The notes below the pieces were generated by a model, which worked only from the letters and a program-made list of their open reading frames with translations, was not told the DNA's origin and ran no database searches. A program made the position numbers and the translations under genes. DNA of 47,933 bases from Pseudomonadota bacterium (GTDB lineage Bacteria > Pseudomonadota > Gammaproteobacteria > Pseudomonadales > JBCDEX01). Location of the stretch: assembly GCA_039178995.1 (NCBI GenBank), contig JBCDEX010000001.1, forward strand, positions 1 to 47,933, read 5' to 3'. Of this stretch, positions 35,560 through 45,550 are shown piece by piece. The stretch's first letter is position 1; every line of letters begins with the position of its first letter.

Positions 35560-36636
35560 ATGACATTTACACGCAATACATTGCAGTGCTTACAGGCTAT
35601 TTTATTCGGAGCCGTCGGAGCGTTGATGTTATCAACACAGGCAGTGGCGGGGCATCAGGGCAAGGGCATGCCGGTCTCGGATTCATCGACTGTGACAAGT
35701 ACGCTTGAGCTGACATCGACCGTGGCGACGAGCATTCCAGAGTATACCTCCACGGTGGCGGTGCTTGAGACGGAGTCAAATCCCTTCACGTCTTCATTGG
35801 ATAAGCGCCATAAAATGGCATCGACTGGTTGGCTCAGTTTGGTGAATGAGTTGGACCGCACCTTATCGGGTGATGTATACAAGGAGTACGATTTAGCTGA
35901 AAACGACAGTTATTTGAAAATCACCTTGTCGGGCACGTTAGACAAAGAGGAGTTTTTGACTCCGGATGTGCGCGTGCGTGCGCGAGTGGACTTGCCAAAT
36001 ACAGCGCGTCGATGGCAGCTGTATTTTGATTCAGAAGACAATCGAGACGTGAGCTTGGAAGATCGGGTATTGGAGAAAGACCTGCAGCAGTCAGGATTGA
36101 GACAGGCTGCGGTGCAGTGGATGGTGCGTCAATCCGATAACTGGAAAGACAGTTTTCGCGTGGGTGTCCGTGATATCCCCATCAATCCATTTGTGCGTTA
36201 TAAACACACCTACACTCAGCCGTTGAGTGAGGACAAAAAAGCCGTGCTGAATAACGCGGTGTATTACTCGCGCGAAGATAAGCTGTATGTGGATTCGTCG
36301 TTTAAACTCATTAAACCTCTGAGTGCTGAGCGTTATCTAAGCAATGAAACCAAAGTGACGTGGAAAGAAGAAGACGATTCTTTTGAATCGGCGAATGTCA
36401 CGGTGTATTCGAAACCGGTCACCAGTTCGAGCGAGGTGCGTTACAGTGGTGGCCTGCTCGCCATGAACAAGCCGTCCGTGCGCTTGAACAGTGTGTTTTT
36501 ACGTACGGCGTATTCACAAAAGCTGTACAAGGATTGGCTGTATTTGGACGTGTCGCCATTGCTTGAATTTTCCCGCGATAACGATTTTGATCCTACGCCG
36601 TCTGTGACCATGAAAGTGCACATGTATTTGAAATAA
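35560..36636 (+). CDS. Hypothetical secreted or outer-membrane protein (no recognisable family)
   Basis: ATG at 35560 preceded by GGAGGTG (the track GTG start at 35527 is less likely). Signal-peptide-like N-terminus ...LMLSTQAVAG, Thr/Ser-rich segment with TSTV repeats, then a beta-strand-like alternating pattern for about 280 aa. Confidence 0.6.
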   Translation: MTFTRNTLQCLQAILFGAVGALMLSTQAVAGHQGKGMPVSDSSTVTSTLELTSTVATSIPEYTSTVAVLETESNPFTSSLDKRHKMASTGWLSLVNELDRTLSGDVYKEYDLAENDSYLKITLSGTLDKEEFLTPDVRVRARVDLPNTARRWQLYFDSEDNRDVSLEDRVLEKDLQQSGLRQAAVQWMVRQSDNWKDSFRVGVRDIPINPFVRYKHTYTQPLSEDKKAVLNNAVYYSREDKLYVDSSFKLIKPLSAERYLSNETKVTWKEEDDSFESANVTVYSKPVTSSSEVRYSGGLLAMNKPSVRLNSVFLRTAYSQKLYKDWLYLDVSPLLEFSRDNDFDPTPSVTMKVHMYLK

Positions 36637-36671
36637 GCAGCTGAGCACCTGTTTTTTTTGCATTATTCTGT

Positions 36672-37244
36672 GTGAAATGGGTGCAACCTCATGACAGAAT
36701 GCGTACACTGCGCATGTTTATTGGTTTGATTTGGTGGGATGGTTTGATGTGTTCTAGATTGGCTGCAGTTTGGGGTGTCATGGGCGTGTGCGCATTGTTG
36801 ATGTTTGCTGTAATGCGGTTGATGACGCACGTCATAGCGATGTGGTCGATGCCGTTGTCGACGCTGCAATGGGTCTTAATGACTACGTTTTTGGTGTTCA
36901 TGCTGTACACCGAAGGTTACCGAGGATTCCAAAAATCATTTTCTCCGCGTGTTGTGGCACGTGCACAGTATCTCTCGCAACACAGTAATCCTGTTTGGAT
37001 TGTGTTTGCGCCATTATTCTGTATGTCCTATTTTGCCGCACCCAAACAGCGCATTGTGGTGTCCATCGTCTTAACGTTGGCCATCGTGAGTTTGGTCGTG
37101 GGGATGCGTTACATCCCGCAGCCGTGGCGCGGGATGATTGACTTAGGCGTGGTGTGTGGCTTAAGTTGGGGAATGCTCAGTTTGTTGTATTGTTCGTGGC
37201 AGGCCGTCTCTGGCAAGCTCACAGCAGACCCTCAAGTCCAGTAA
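36672..37244 (+). CDS. Hypothetical integral membrane protein (4-5 predicted TM segments)
   Basis: 190-aa ORF. Start uncertain (GTG 36672, ATG 36699 or ATG 36714). Trp/Met-rich hydrophobic segments. No family recognised by eye. Lies 35-60 nt after the preceding hypothetical gene. Confidence 0.55.
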   Translation: MKWVQPHDRMRTLRMFIGLIWWDGLMCSRLAAVWGVMGVCALLMFAVMRLMTHVIAMWSMPLSTLQWVLMTTFLVFMLYTEGYRGFQKSFSPRVVARAQYLSQHSNPVWIVFAPLFCMSYFAAPKQRIVVSIVLTLAIVSLVVGMRYIPQPWRGMIDLGVVCGLSWGMLSLLYCSWQAVSGKLTADPQVQ

Positions 37245-37298
37245 GAGCTTGTTGTTAGGTGCTTACGTCGGTGAGCTGACTCTGACCTACGATCTCTT

Positions 37299-38708
37299 TT
37301 AGCGTCGATAAATCAAAAATAAATTCGTATTGCCTCGCTTCACTTGCAGCAACGCACGTTTACTTGAGCGCGCGATGGCCTGTGCCAATGTGCGTTCATT
37401 CGTCACACGAATGCGGTTTGCACCAATGATGAGGTCGTTGGCTCTTAAGCCAGCGGATGCCGCTTTTGAACCGCGTTGAACGTGGTTAACGCGTACGCCA
37501 CCTCGATGGCTTGATAACGTCGCGCCTGAAATGACCGACCCTGTGGATTTCAGTGTGTTGGGTGAGCTGGGCTGAGTCGATGCCGCTTGTTTGAACACGC
37601 TTTCCTTGATGGTTACATTGGCCCGGCGCTTGCGTCCGTCGCGGATGATGTTCACGGATAAGGTGTCGCCAGGGTGTTTAATGCCTACCGCGTTGCGCAA
37701 CTGAGCTGGTGATTTGATCGGTTGTTTGTTGATGTGGGTGATGATGTCTCCTTCTTTTAACCCCGCTTTTTTCGCAGGCGACTTGTCTGCAACGCGGCTG
37801 ATCACAACGCCTTCGATGTTTGACTTCGCGCCCAGAGCGATCGCTAATTCTTTGTTAAGCGCCTGTATGTACACGCCCAGTTGACCGCGTGACACTTTAC
37901 CGTGTTTTAGAATTTCATCGGTGCTGTACTTCATCATGTTGGTCGGAATGGCAAAGCCAATGCCGACGTTACCGCCAGTCGGAGCAATGATCGCAGTGTT
38001 GATGCCGATTAACTGGCCTTTTAAGTTAACAAGTGCGCCACCTGAGTTGCCTGGGTTGATCGATGCGTCGGTTTGAATGAAGTTTTCATAGCCTTGGATG
38101 CCAAGACCTGAACGCCCCAATGCACTGACAATTCCCGTGGTGACCGTTTGTCCGAGGCCAAATGGGTTGCCGATTGCAATGGCAAAGTCGCCTACCTTCA
38201 CGTTGTCGGAATTAGCTAGTGGCAAGCTCTTTAGGTTGTTGGCTTTGATTTTCAATACCGCAATGTCAACCTCTGGGTCACTGCCTACAAGGGATGCTTG
38301 AACTTTACGGCCGTCTGTTAAATTGACGGTGATCTTGTTGGCGTTTTTGATGACGTGGTGATTGGTGACCACGATGCCCTTGCTTGCGTCGATGATGACG
38401 CCCGAGCCTGCGCTTTTTGCTTCGCGCTGTTTTGGCTGGTAGTTGTCTGGCACATTAAAGAATTGGCGGAAGAACGGATCGTTTAATAAGGGGTTTTGCG
38501 CGTTGCTGCGACGTTGGGTGGTCACGGAAATGCTCACTACGGCGCCGTTGTTTTTCTCCAGCATGGGCGCCAACGAAGGCAATGACATGCCTTGGCTGTC
38601 GCGAATGGGTAAATTCGCTTGAGTTTGTGCGGTGATCGCGATGATAATGCCTGCGATCAATCCAAATACAGCTGCCATGACTGTTTTTTTCTTTGCTGAC
38701 AAATGCAT
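37299..38708 (-). CDS. degP: Periplasmic serine endoprotease, DegP/DegQ (HtrA) family, two PDZ domains
   Basis: 469 aa. Signal peptide and catalytic triad context (TNHHV, DIAVLK, GNSGGAL), followed by two PDZ-like regions. Confidence 0.92.
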   Translation of the reverse strand: MHLSAKKKTVMAAVFGLIAGIIIAITAQTQANLPIRDSQGMSLPSLAPMLEKNNGAVVSISVTTQRRSNAQNPLLNDPFFRQFFNVPDNYQPKQREAKSAGSGVIIDASKGIVVTNHHVIKNANKITVNLTDGRKVQASLVGSDPEVDIAVLKIKANNLKSLPLANSDNVKVGDFAIAIGNPFGLGQTVTTGIVSALGRSGLGIQGYENFIQTDASINPGNSGGALVNLKGQLIGINTAIIAPTGGNVGIGFAIPTNMMKYSTDEILKHGKVSRGQLGVYIQALNKELAIALGAKSNIEGVVISRVADKSPAKKAGLKEGDIITHINKQPIKSPAQLRNAVGIKHPGDTLSVNIIRDGRKRRANVTIKESVFKQAASTQPSSPNTLKSTGSVISGATLSSHRGGVRVNHVQRGSKAASAGLRANDLIIGANRIRVTNERTLAQAIARSSKRALLQVKRGNTNLFLIYRR

Positions 38709-38935
38709 ACCTAAACGTCCTCTTTTAAAACCGTGTTTCTTATAATGTGCCGCCTCACGTGTTGTGTGTTGAGGCGTGCGTCATGTTACCGCGTGTTGTC
38801 GTGCTTCTCAAACGTCGAGTGCGGTCCAGTGTTAATCGACGATGTCATTTGATGATGAGCCGTTATTACTTTGATTGGGTTGCTGAAGAAAAGTTTCAAG
38901 TGATTTTGATAAAAAAGCGCGTCGGCAACGAATCG

Positions 38936-39003
38936 AAAAAGTGCCGAAAAAGCGCTGAAAACTGGTGAAAATAATTGCTACTCAGCGGTGTCTGCGAGAC
39001 AAT
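38936..39003 (+). promoter_or_regulatory. Candidate sigma70 promoter of tkt with helically phased upstream A-tracts (UP-element-like)
   Basis: A-tracts start at 38936, 38947, 38958 and 38968 (spacing 11, 11, 10). TTGCTA (38975-38980), 17-bp spacer, GACAAT (38998-39003). This leaves a roughly 70-nt leader before the ATG at 39082. Confidence 0.3.
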
Positions 39004-39081
39004 GGCGTTTTATGTTTTAGAGGGCGCCGACTGAGCGTATGACGCCCTCGATCAGGTCTTAATGTTACTTAGGAGAAACCA

Positions 39082-41082
39082 ATGCCTTCACGCACTGACT
39101 TAGCCAATGCTATTCGAGTCTTGAGTATGGACGCCGTACAACAAGCAAACAGTGGCCATCCCGGTGCACCGATGGGCATGGCAGACATTGCGGAAGTGTT
39201 GTGGAACGGGTTTTTGAAGCACAACCCAAGCAATCCAAACTGGGTCAATCGAGATCGATTTGTGTTGTCGAACGGTCACGGCTCTATGTTGCTGTACTCC
39301 TTGCTGCATTTAACAGGCTACGATGTGAGCATCGACGACTTAAAAGCCTTTAGACAATTGCATTCTAAGACACCGGGTCATCCTGAGTTACAAGACACCC
39401 CGGGAGTTGAAACCACCACAGGGCCACTCGGTCAAGGGCTCAGTAACGCGGTCGGTATGGCGTTGGCAGAGCGTACCTTGGCTGCACAGTTTAACCAAGA
39501 CGGTTTCCCGATCGTCGATCATTACACTTACGCATTTGTCGGTGACGGTTGTTTGATGGAAGGCATTTCACATGAAGTGTGCTCGCTGGCAGGTACGTTG
39601 AAACTGGGTAAGTTGGTGGTGCTGTATGACGACAACGGCATTTCAATCGACGGCGATGTGGATGCATGGTTCTCTGATGACACCAAGAAACGCTTTGAGT
39701 CATACGGTTGGGAAGTGCTTGCTAACGTAGACGGCCATAACCCGTCTGAGATTGAAGCGGCCATCACCAAAGCACGCCAAAGCGATCGCCCAAGCTTAGT
39801 TTGTTGTCGCACTTTAATTGGTAAAGGCGCGCCGAACAAAGAAGGCGGGCACGACGTGCATGGTGCTCCATTGGGTGCCGATGAAATTGCGGCAACACGC
39901 AAGGCGTTGAATTGGAATGCGCCTGCATTTGACGTTCCCGAAGACATCCGAGACGGTTGGTTGACTCAACAACAAGGTGCTCAGCACGAGCAGCAATGGC
40001 AAGAATTGTTTGATGCGTATCAGGCGAAGCATCCAGAGCTTGCGAAGGAATTAACACGCCGACAAGCTGGAGAATTACCAAGCGACTTTGCGCAAACCGC
40101 ACAGCGTTACATTCAGCAATGCCAAGCAGATGGCGCCAGCGTGGCGTCACGTAAAGCCAGCCAAAATTGCTTGAATGCCTACGGCAACATGTTACCAGAG
40201 CTGTTGGGCGGATCGGCGGATTTATCGCCCTCGAACAACACCATTTGGTCGGGGTCTGTGCCGATTAATTCAGGAGACGACAGTGATCGTCAGTCGGGCA
40301 ATTACGTGCATTACGGTGTGCGTGAGTTTGGTATGAGTGCGATAATGAATGGCATGGCGTTACACGGTGGTTTCATTCCGTACGGTGCGACGTTCTTGGT
40401 GTTTATGGAATACGCGCGTAACGCGATTCGCATGGCGGCATTGATGCAGCAGCGCTGTATTTTTGTGTACACACACGACTCGATTGGTCTTGGTGAAGAC
40501 GGTCCAACGCATCAGCCCATCGAACAATTGACCAACTTGCGCACCACGCCGAACTTGAACACATGGCGTCCATGCGACACGGTTGAATCTGCTGTGGCGT
40601 GGAAAAGCGCCATTGAATCTCAAACAACGCCGAGCGCGTTGATTTTCTCGCGCCAAGGCTTGCCGCATCAAGCGCGCAGTGACGCGCAATTGTTGAACGT
40701 TGAGAAAGGCGGGTACGTATTGAAAGCCGCGTCTGCGACGCCGCAACTGATTTTGATGGCTACTGGATCCGAAGTGGACTTGGCGATTCAAGCCGCTGAG
40801 GTATTGGAAGAGAAAGGCACGCCAGTTCAAGTGGTGTCGATGCCGTGCACCGAGGTGTTTGATGCGCAATCGGCGGACTACAAAGAGACGGTGTTGCCGA
40901 GTCAGGTCACCAAACGCATCGCGATTGAAGCAGGGCATGTGGATTTCTGGTACAAATACGTGGGTTTGAACGGCGACGTCATTGGCATGCGCAGCTTCGG
41001 TGCGTCTGCTCCGATTAAAGACTTGTACGCGCACTTCGGCATCACGGTCGATGCCATTGTGTCGTCTGCGAACGCCTTGTAA
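39082..41082 (+). CDS. tkt: Transketolase
   Basis: 666 aa. [11 protein letters not shown], ThDP motif [12 protein letters not shown]...NGISIDG and [16 protein letters not shown]. Full-length. Confidence 0.97.
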   Translation: MPSRTDLANAIRVLSMDAVQQANSGHPGAPMGMADIAEVLWNGFLKHNPSNPNWVNRDRFVLSNGHGSMLLYSLLHLTGYDVSIDDLKAFRQLHSKTPGHPELQDTPGVETTTGPLGQGLSNAVGMALAERTLAAQFNQDGFPIVDHYTYAFVGDGCLMEGISHEVCSLAGTLKLGKLVVLYDDNGISIDGDVDAWFSDDTKKRFESYGWEVLANVDGHNPSEIEAAITKARQSDRPSLVCCRTLIGKGAPNKEGGHDVHGAPLGADEIAATRKALNWNAPAFDVPEDIRDGWLTQQQGAQHEQQWQELFDAYQAKHPELAKELTRRQAGELPSDFAQTAQRYIQQCQADGASVASRKASQNCLNAYGNMLPELLGGSADLSPSNNTIWSGSVPINSGDDSDRQSGNYVHYGVREFGMSAIMNGMALHGGFIPYGATFLVFMEYARNAIRMAALMQQRCIFVYTHDSIGLGEDGPTHQPIEQLTNLRTTPNLNTWRPCDTVESAVAWKSAIESQTTPSALIFSRQGLPHQARSDAQLLNVEKGGYVLKAASATPQLILMATGSEVDLAIQAAEVLEEKGTPVQVVSMPCTEVFDAQSADYKETVLPSQVTKRIAIEAGHVDFWYKYVGLNGDVIGMRSFGASAPIKDLYAHFGITVDAIVSSANAL

Positions 41083-41114
41083 TTGATCTTACGCTAACGA
41101 ACGAGCCGACTGTC

Positions 41115-42161
41115 ATGCGCATAGCGATTAATGGGTTTGGACGAATTGGACGCGGAGTGTTACGTGCCCTGTATGAGTCTGGCTATCGCAAACACATTGA
41201 GATCGTCGCGATCAATGAGCCCGCGGATTTTAAAAGCATTGTGCATTTAACCAAATACGATTCGGTGCACGGACGTTTTCCAGGGGTCGTTGAAGGACGC
41301 GAAACCGATGCACGGGGCACCTTGAACATACAGTTTGGCGACCATCAGGATGCGATGGCGGTGTTTCATGAAACCGATCTAAGCGCCGTTGATTGGGACG
41401 CATTACAGATAGACGTGCTGTTGGAATGCAGTGGTTCGATTGATGTGGCATCGGTTCAAGCGGTATTAGATCAACAGCCAACGATGAAGGCGTTGTTTTC
41501 GCGGCCAATGCTCGAAGACGAAGTGGACGTGACCGTAGTGTGTGGCGTAAATCAAGCCATGTTGACTCCGCAGCAGCGTAAAATTTCGGCAGGCTCATGC
41601 ACCTCGAATGCCATTGTGCCTGTGATGCAAGCCATTGATGACGCGTTTGGCATTGAATACGCGACCTCAACCACCATGCATTCATTGATGAACGATCAAC
41701 CGGTGTTGGACGCGTATCACAACACCAATTTGCGTAAAACGCGTGCGGCGAGTCACTCGATGATTCCGGTGAACACCGAGTTGGCCAAAGGTGTTGAACG
41801 CATCTTGCCGCATCTGCGTGGGCGCGTATCGGCTCAGGCTATTCGTGTGCCGACCTTAAATGTGTCGGCCATCGACTTGAGTGTGGTGTTACGCAACAAC
41901 GCGAGCGTTGAACAAATTAATCACTGTTTGCTGAATGCCAGTCGAACGCATGCACAGGGCATCATTGATGTGAGTGACGACGCCTTGGCATCGTGTGATT
42001 TTAATCATCGCATTGAGTCTGCGATCATTGATGTGAGTCAAACGAGAATGAGCGGTGGTAACCTTCTCAAGGTGTGGATCTGGTTTGATAACGAATGGGC
42101 GTATGCGCATCGCATGTTGGACCTCACGCACGCGATGACGGCATTGTCGTCAATACCTTAG
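41115..42161 (+). CDS. epd: Erythrose-4-phosphate dehydrogenase / GAPDH-family dehydrogenase
   Basis: 348 aa. INGFGRIGRGVLRALYESG and LTKYDSVHGRF resemble E. coli Epd (INGFGRIGRNVVRALYESG, LLKYDTSHGRF). Active site SCTSN. Sits between tkt and pgk, as epd does in E. coli and Pseudomonas. The Epd versus Gap assignment rests on context and N-terminal similarity only. Confidence 0.8.
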   Translation: MRIAINGFGRIGRGVLRALYESGYRKHIEIVAINEPADFKSIVHLTKYDSVHGRFPGVVEGRETDARGTLNIQFGDHQDAMAVFHETDLSAVDWDALQIDVLLECSGSIDVASVQAVLDQQPTMKALFSRPMLEDEVDVTVVCGVNQAMLTPQQRKISAGSCTSNAIVPVMQAIDDAFGIEYATSTTMHSLMNDQPVLDAYHNTNLRKTRAASHSMIPVNTELAKGVERILPHLRGRVSAQAIRVPTLNVSAIDLSVVLRNNASVEQINHCLLNASRTHAQGIIDVSDDALASCDFNHRIESAIIDVSQTRMSGGNLLKVWIWFDNEWAYAHRMLDLTHAMTALSSIP

Positions 42162-42218
42162 TGCAATGGTGGATACCATGCTAACTGTAATATGTTGAAT
42201 TTAGACGAGTTAAGTATT

Positions 42219-43400
42219 ATGAACGTAAAGACAATAACAGAAGTCGCCTTATCTGGGCAGCGGGTATTGATTCGAGAAGACTTGAACGTGCCGATTAAAG
42301 ACGGCGTGGTGAGCAGTGACGCTCGACTTCGAGCGGCGTTACCGACCATTCAGTACGCGTTGGACGCAGGTGCAAAAGTGTTGCTGATGTCTCACTTAGG
42401 GCGTCCCACAGAAGGTGGAAGCGACGAAGATAATGCGGCGTTTAGCTTACAGCCTGTGGCCGATTATTTGACTCACGCGCTGGGTCAACCCGTACCGTTG
42501 GTGAGCGATTACTTGGATCAACCGCCGAGCGTTGAAGCAGGCCAATGCATTCTGTTGGAAAACGTACGTTTTAATGTGGGTGAAAAAAGCAACGCCGACG
42601 CGCTGGCTCAGCAATACGCGGCAATGTCCGACGTGTTCATCATGGACGCGTTTGGCACGGCGCATCGTGCACAAGCGTCGACGCACGGTGTGGCAAAATT
42701 TGCGCCGGTGGCGGCTGCTGGATTTTTATTAAGTCGCGAGTTGGATAGTTTGGAACAGGCCATGGCCAATCCAAAACGCCCATTGGTCGCCATCGTGGGT
42801 GGCTCAAAAGTGTCGACGAAATTAACGGTGTTGGAAACGTTGTCGGATATTGCTGATCAATTGATCGTCGGCGGTGGCATCGCCAATACGTTCATTGCGG
42901 CTCAAGGACACAATGTGGGTAACTCGCTGTGTGAGCAAGACCTAGTGCCCAACGCACAAGCCTTGATGAAAAAAACCACCATTCCCGTACCAACGGATGT
43001 GGTCACAGGCGTTGAGTTCAGTCAGGCGACACCGGCACAGACCAAGCCCGTCACCGACGTAGCCGACCAAGACATGATTTTTGACATCGGCCCAGAGTCA
43101 CAAGCGGCGTTGATCGACATCATTAAACAAGCGGGCACGATTATTTGGAATGGCCCAGTGGGCGTGTTCGAGTTTGAACAATTTTCAAAGGGTACGGAAG
43201 CGATTGCGCAGGCGATTGCAGACAGTGATGCGTTTTCGGTCGCTGGTGGCGGCGACACATTGGCTGCGGTGGATCAATTCAACATTGCCGATAAGGTGTC
43301 GTATATTTCAACTGGGGGCGGCGCCTTTTTAGAATACGTGGAAGGCAAAGTTTTGCCAGCCATCGATATCCTAGAGCAACGCGCGAAAGACGCACAGTAA
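42219..43400 (+). CDS. pgk: Phosphoglycerate kinase
   Basis: About 393 aa from ATG at 42219 (MNVKTITEV...; the track start 42192 adds 9 aa). [31 protein letters not shown]. Confidence 0.96.
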   Translation: MNVKTITEVALSGQRVLIREDLNVPIKDGVVSSDARLRAALPTIQYALDAGAKVLLMSHLGRPTEGGSDEDNAAFSLQPVADYLTHALGQPVPLVSDYLDQPPSVEAGQCILLENVRFNVGEKSNADALAQQYAAMSDVFIMDAFGTAHRAQASTHGVAKFAPVAAAGFLLSRELDSLEQAMANPKRPLVAIVGGSKVSTKLTVLETLSDIADQLIVGGGIANTFIAAQGHNVGNSLCEQDLVPNAQALMKKTTIPVPTDVVTGVEFSQATPAQTKPVTDVADQDMIFDIGPESQAALIDIIKQAGTIIWNGPVGVFEFEQFSKGTEAIAQAIADSDAFSVAGGGDTLAAVDQFNIADKVSYISTGGGAFLEYVEGKVLPAIDILEQRAKDAQ

Positions 43401-43455
43401 CAAAATCTTTTAACGCACAACAATAACGACTTTAATACAGAATTTGGAGAACGGT

Positions 43456-44520
43456 ATGGCTTTAATCAGTTTACGTCAATTATTGGATCACGCAGCGGAG
43501 CACGGATACGGTGTGCCGGCTTATAATGTGAATAACTTAGAGCAAATGCGTGCGATCATGGAAGCGGCCAACGAGGCCGATTCGCCGGTTATTGTGCAAG
43601 CGTCCGCGGGTGCTCGAAAATACGCAGGCGCGCCGTTTTTGCGTCATTTAATCTTGGCAGCCATTGAAGAATTTCCACACATTCCGGTGGTGATGCATCA
43701 AGATCACGGTACGTCGCCAGCGATTTGTCAGCGCTCAATCCAGTTGGGGTTTTCATCTGTGATGATGGACGGTTCATTGGGTACGGACGGCAAAACCCCG
43801 AAAGATTTTGATTACAACGTCGACGTCACCAAGCAAGTGGTCGACATGGCGCATGCGTGCGGCGTGTCAGTTGAAGGCGAGTTAGGTTGTTTAGGGTCAC
43901 TCGAAACAGGGCAAGCAGGCGAAGAAGACGGCGTGGGTGCCGAAGGCATTTTGGATCACAGTCAAATGCTTACCGACCCAGAAGAAGCCGCTGATTTTGT
44001 CAAAGCCACGGGCGTGGATGCCTTGGCCATTGCGATTGGTACCAGCCACGGAGCCTACAAATTCACACGCCCACCCACAGGCGATATTTTGGACATCAAA
44101 CGCATCAAAGCCATTCATGAACGGATTCCAAACACACATTTGGTGATGCACGGATCCTCATCGGTGCCACAAGAATGGTTGGCGGTGATCAACGAGTTTG
44201 GTGGTGAAATTCCAGAAACATACGGTGTGCCCGTATCAGAAATTTGTGAAGGCATTAAACACGGTGTGCGCAAAGTGAACATCGACACCGATTTGCGTTT
44301 GGCGAGCACCGGTGCGATTCGTCGCCACTTGGCTGAAAATCCATCGAACTTTGACCCACGTAAATATTTGAACGTTGCGACCATTGCGATGAAAGAAATC
44401 TGTAAAGCACGTTACGAAGCGTTTGGGTCAGCAGGGCAAGCGAGTAAGATCAAAGCGCAGTCACTGGAAGTGATGTTCTATCGTTACGAGCAAGGTGAAT
44501 TGGACGCTCAGGTCAACTGA
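43456..44520 (+). CDS. fba: Class II fructose-1,6-bisphosphate aldolase (354-aa Calvin-cycle/CbbA-type subfamily)
   Basis: ATG at 43456 preceded by GGAGAA (the track start 43444 is a TTG). [43 protein letters not shown]. Confidence 0.95.
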   Translation: MALISLRQLLDHAAEHGYGVPAYNVNNLEQMRAIMEAANEADSPVIVQASAGARKYAGAPFLRHLILAAIEEFPHIPVVMHQDHGTSPAICQRSIQLGFSSVMMDGSLGTDGKTPKDFDYNVDVTKQVVDMAHACGVSVEGELGCLGSLETGQAGEEDGVGAEGILDHSQMLTDPEEAADFVKATGVDALAIAIGTSHGAYKFTRPPTGDILDIKRIKAIHERIPNTHLVMHGSSSVPQEWLAVINEFGGEIPETYGVPVSEICEGIKHGVRKVNIDTDLRLASTGAIRRHLAENPSNFDPRKYLNVATIAMKEICKARYEAFGSAGQASKIKAQSLEVMFYRYEQGELDAQVN

Positions 44521-44599
44521 TCACAGAGCTTGTTGTTCCATCTATTGTTGTTTGTCCATCGTGTTCAAGCAACTGCACCCAACTGAGTGATGCGCTGAC

Positions 44600-45550
44600 G
44601 TGGACTTAACTAACTTACTGCCGTTGCCTCCATTGGACGTGACTCAGGACACCCCGATTCGACCGCAAGATCAAGCGTATTTTGATCGTTACGGGCTGAA
44701 TTTTGATGTGGCGCATCGGTTTGGTGGTATTGCGTGTCGCAGTGGTGGTCAGTCGGTGGACATTGCGTGTCATGTGTTTCAACCTGAGTCGTTACGCGGT
44801 ACGCTCTTTTTTATTCATGGGCTGTTTGATCACAGTGGACTCTTACGCCACGTCATCAAAGAAGCGGTGGATTCAGGCTACTCTGTGTGTGTGTTTGATC
44901 TGCCTGGACACGGCTTGTCGTCGGGTGAGCGTGCGGTCATTCGTTCGTTTCATGATTACCTCGATGTGTTTCATCAGGTGCTGGATGCGATGGCGTCGCA
45001 CTTGCCGTCTCCGTGGCATGCGGCTGCGCAAAGTACCGGTGCCAGTGTGCTGATGTTGCACATGGTGTCGGCCGAACGCGTCATTCCATTTCAGTCACAC
45101 GTTGTGTTTTCCCCTTTGGTCCGACCGCACCTGTGGTCGTTATTGCAGTGGCCGTATTTTGTGTTGCGCCGATTCATTACTCAACGCCGTCGCGTGTTTA
45201 CTGACAACAGCAGTGACACAAAATTTGTTGCGTTTGTGCGCAACGATCCGTTGCAGCCAACGATCTTGTCGTTGACATGGCTAGACGCGATGCACGCCAA
45301 TCTGAAACAATTTTTACGCACACCCGTGTGTGACATTCCACTGACTGTGTTTCAAGGAACGAATGATACGACGGTCGATTGGCGTTTCAATGTAAAGGCC
45401 ATCCGTCGTCATTTTTCTCAAGCAGATATTCAGCTATTAGACGGTGCAGGGCATCACGTCATTAATGAACGTGAATCGATCCGAGTGCAGTGGGCTAAGC
45501 AGTTACGCACGGTCTGGCGCAATGCGGATAACAAGGTGTCTAGCGAATGA
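44600..45550 (+). CDS. Alpha/beta-fold hydrolase (lysophospholipase/monoacylglycerol-lipase-like)
   Basis: 316 aa with GTG start. Oxyanion region FIHGLFDHSG, nucleophile elbow AQSTGAS (AxSxG variant), GTNDTTVD and GAGHHV complete a plausible Ser-Asp-His triad. ATGA overlap with uup. Confidence 0.75.
   Translation: MDLTNLLPLPPLDVTQDTPIRPQDQAYFDRYGLNFDVAHRFGGIACRSGGQSVDIACHVFQPESLRGTLFFIHGLFDHSGLLRHVIKEAVDSGYSVCVFDLPGHGLSSGERAVIRSFHDYLDVFHQVLDAMASHLPSPWHAAAQSTGASVLMLHMVSAERVIPFQSHVVFSPLVRPHLWSLLQWPYFVLRRFITQRRRVFTDNSSDTKFVAFVRNDPLQPTILSLTWLDAMHANLKQFLRTPVCDIPLTVFQGTNDTTVDWRFNVKAIRRHFSQADIQLLDGAGHHVINERESIRVQWAKQLRTVWRNADNKVSSE

Noticed and set aside
37244-37256. The 13-mer AGAGCTTGTTGTT occurs right after the stop codon of the membrane-protein gene and again at 44525..44537 right after the fba stop.
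   Set aside because: For a 48-kb window, roughly 15-30 exact 13-mer coincidences are expected by chance. There is no extended similarity or secondary structure around either copy.
38747-38968. A 73-aa plus-strand ORF in the degP-tkt intergenic region.
   Set aside because: It has a GTG start without an SD. Its Lys-rich C-terminus is just the translation of the phased A-tracts. The region is better explained as divergent promoter DNA.
40360-41034. A long (224 aa) ORF antisense to tkt. Similar antisense ORFs lie at 20283..20840 (lipA), 26225..26773 (pstS), 14614..15051 (mrdA/rodA), 39528..39947 and 41230..41685.
   Set aside because: Each lies entirely inside a confidently identified, full-length conserved gene on the opposite strand. 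The translations are low-complexity (Arg-, Ser- or Ala-rich) with no recognisable motifs or SD-plus-start context. These are typical shadow ORFs.
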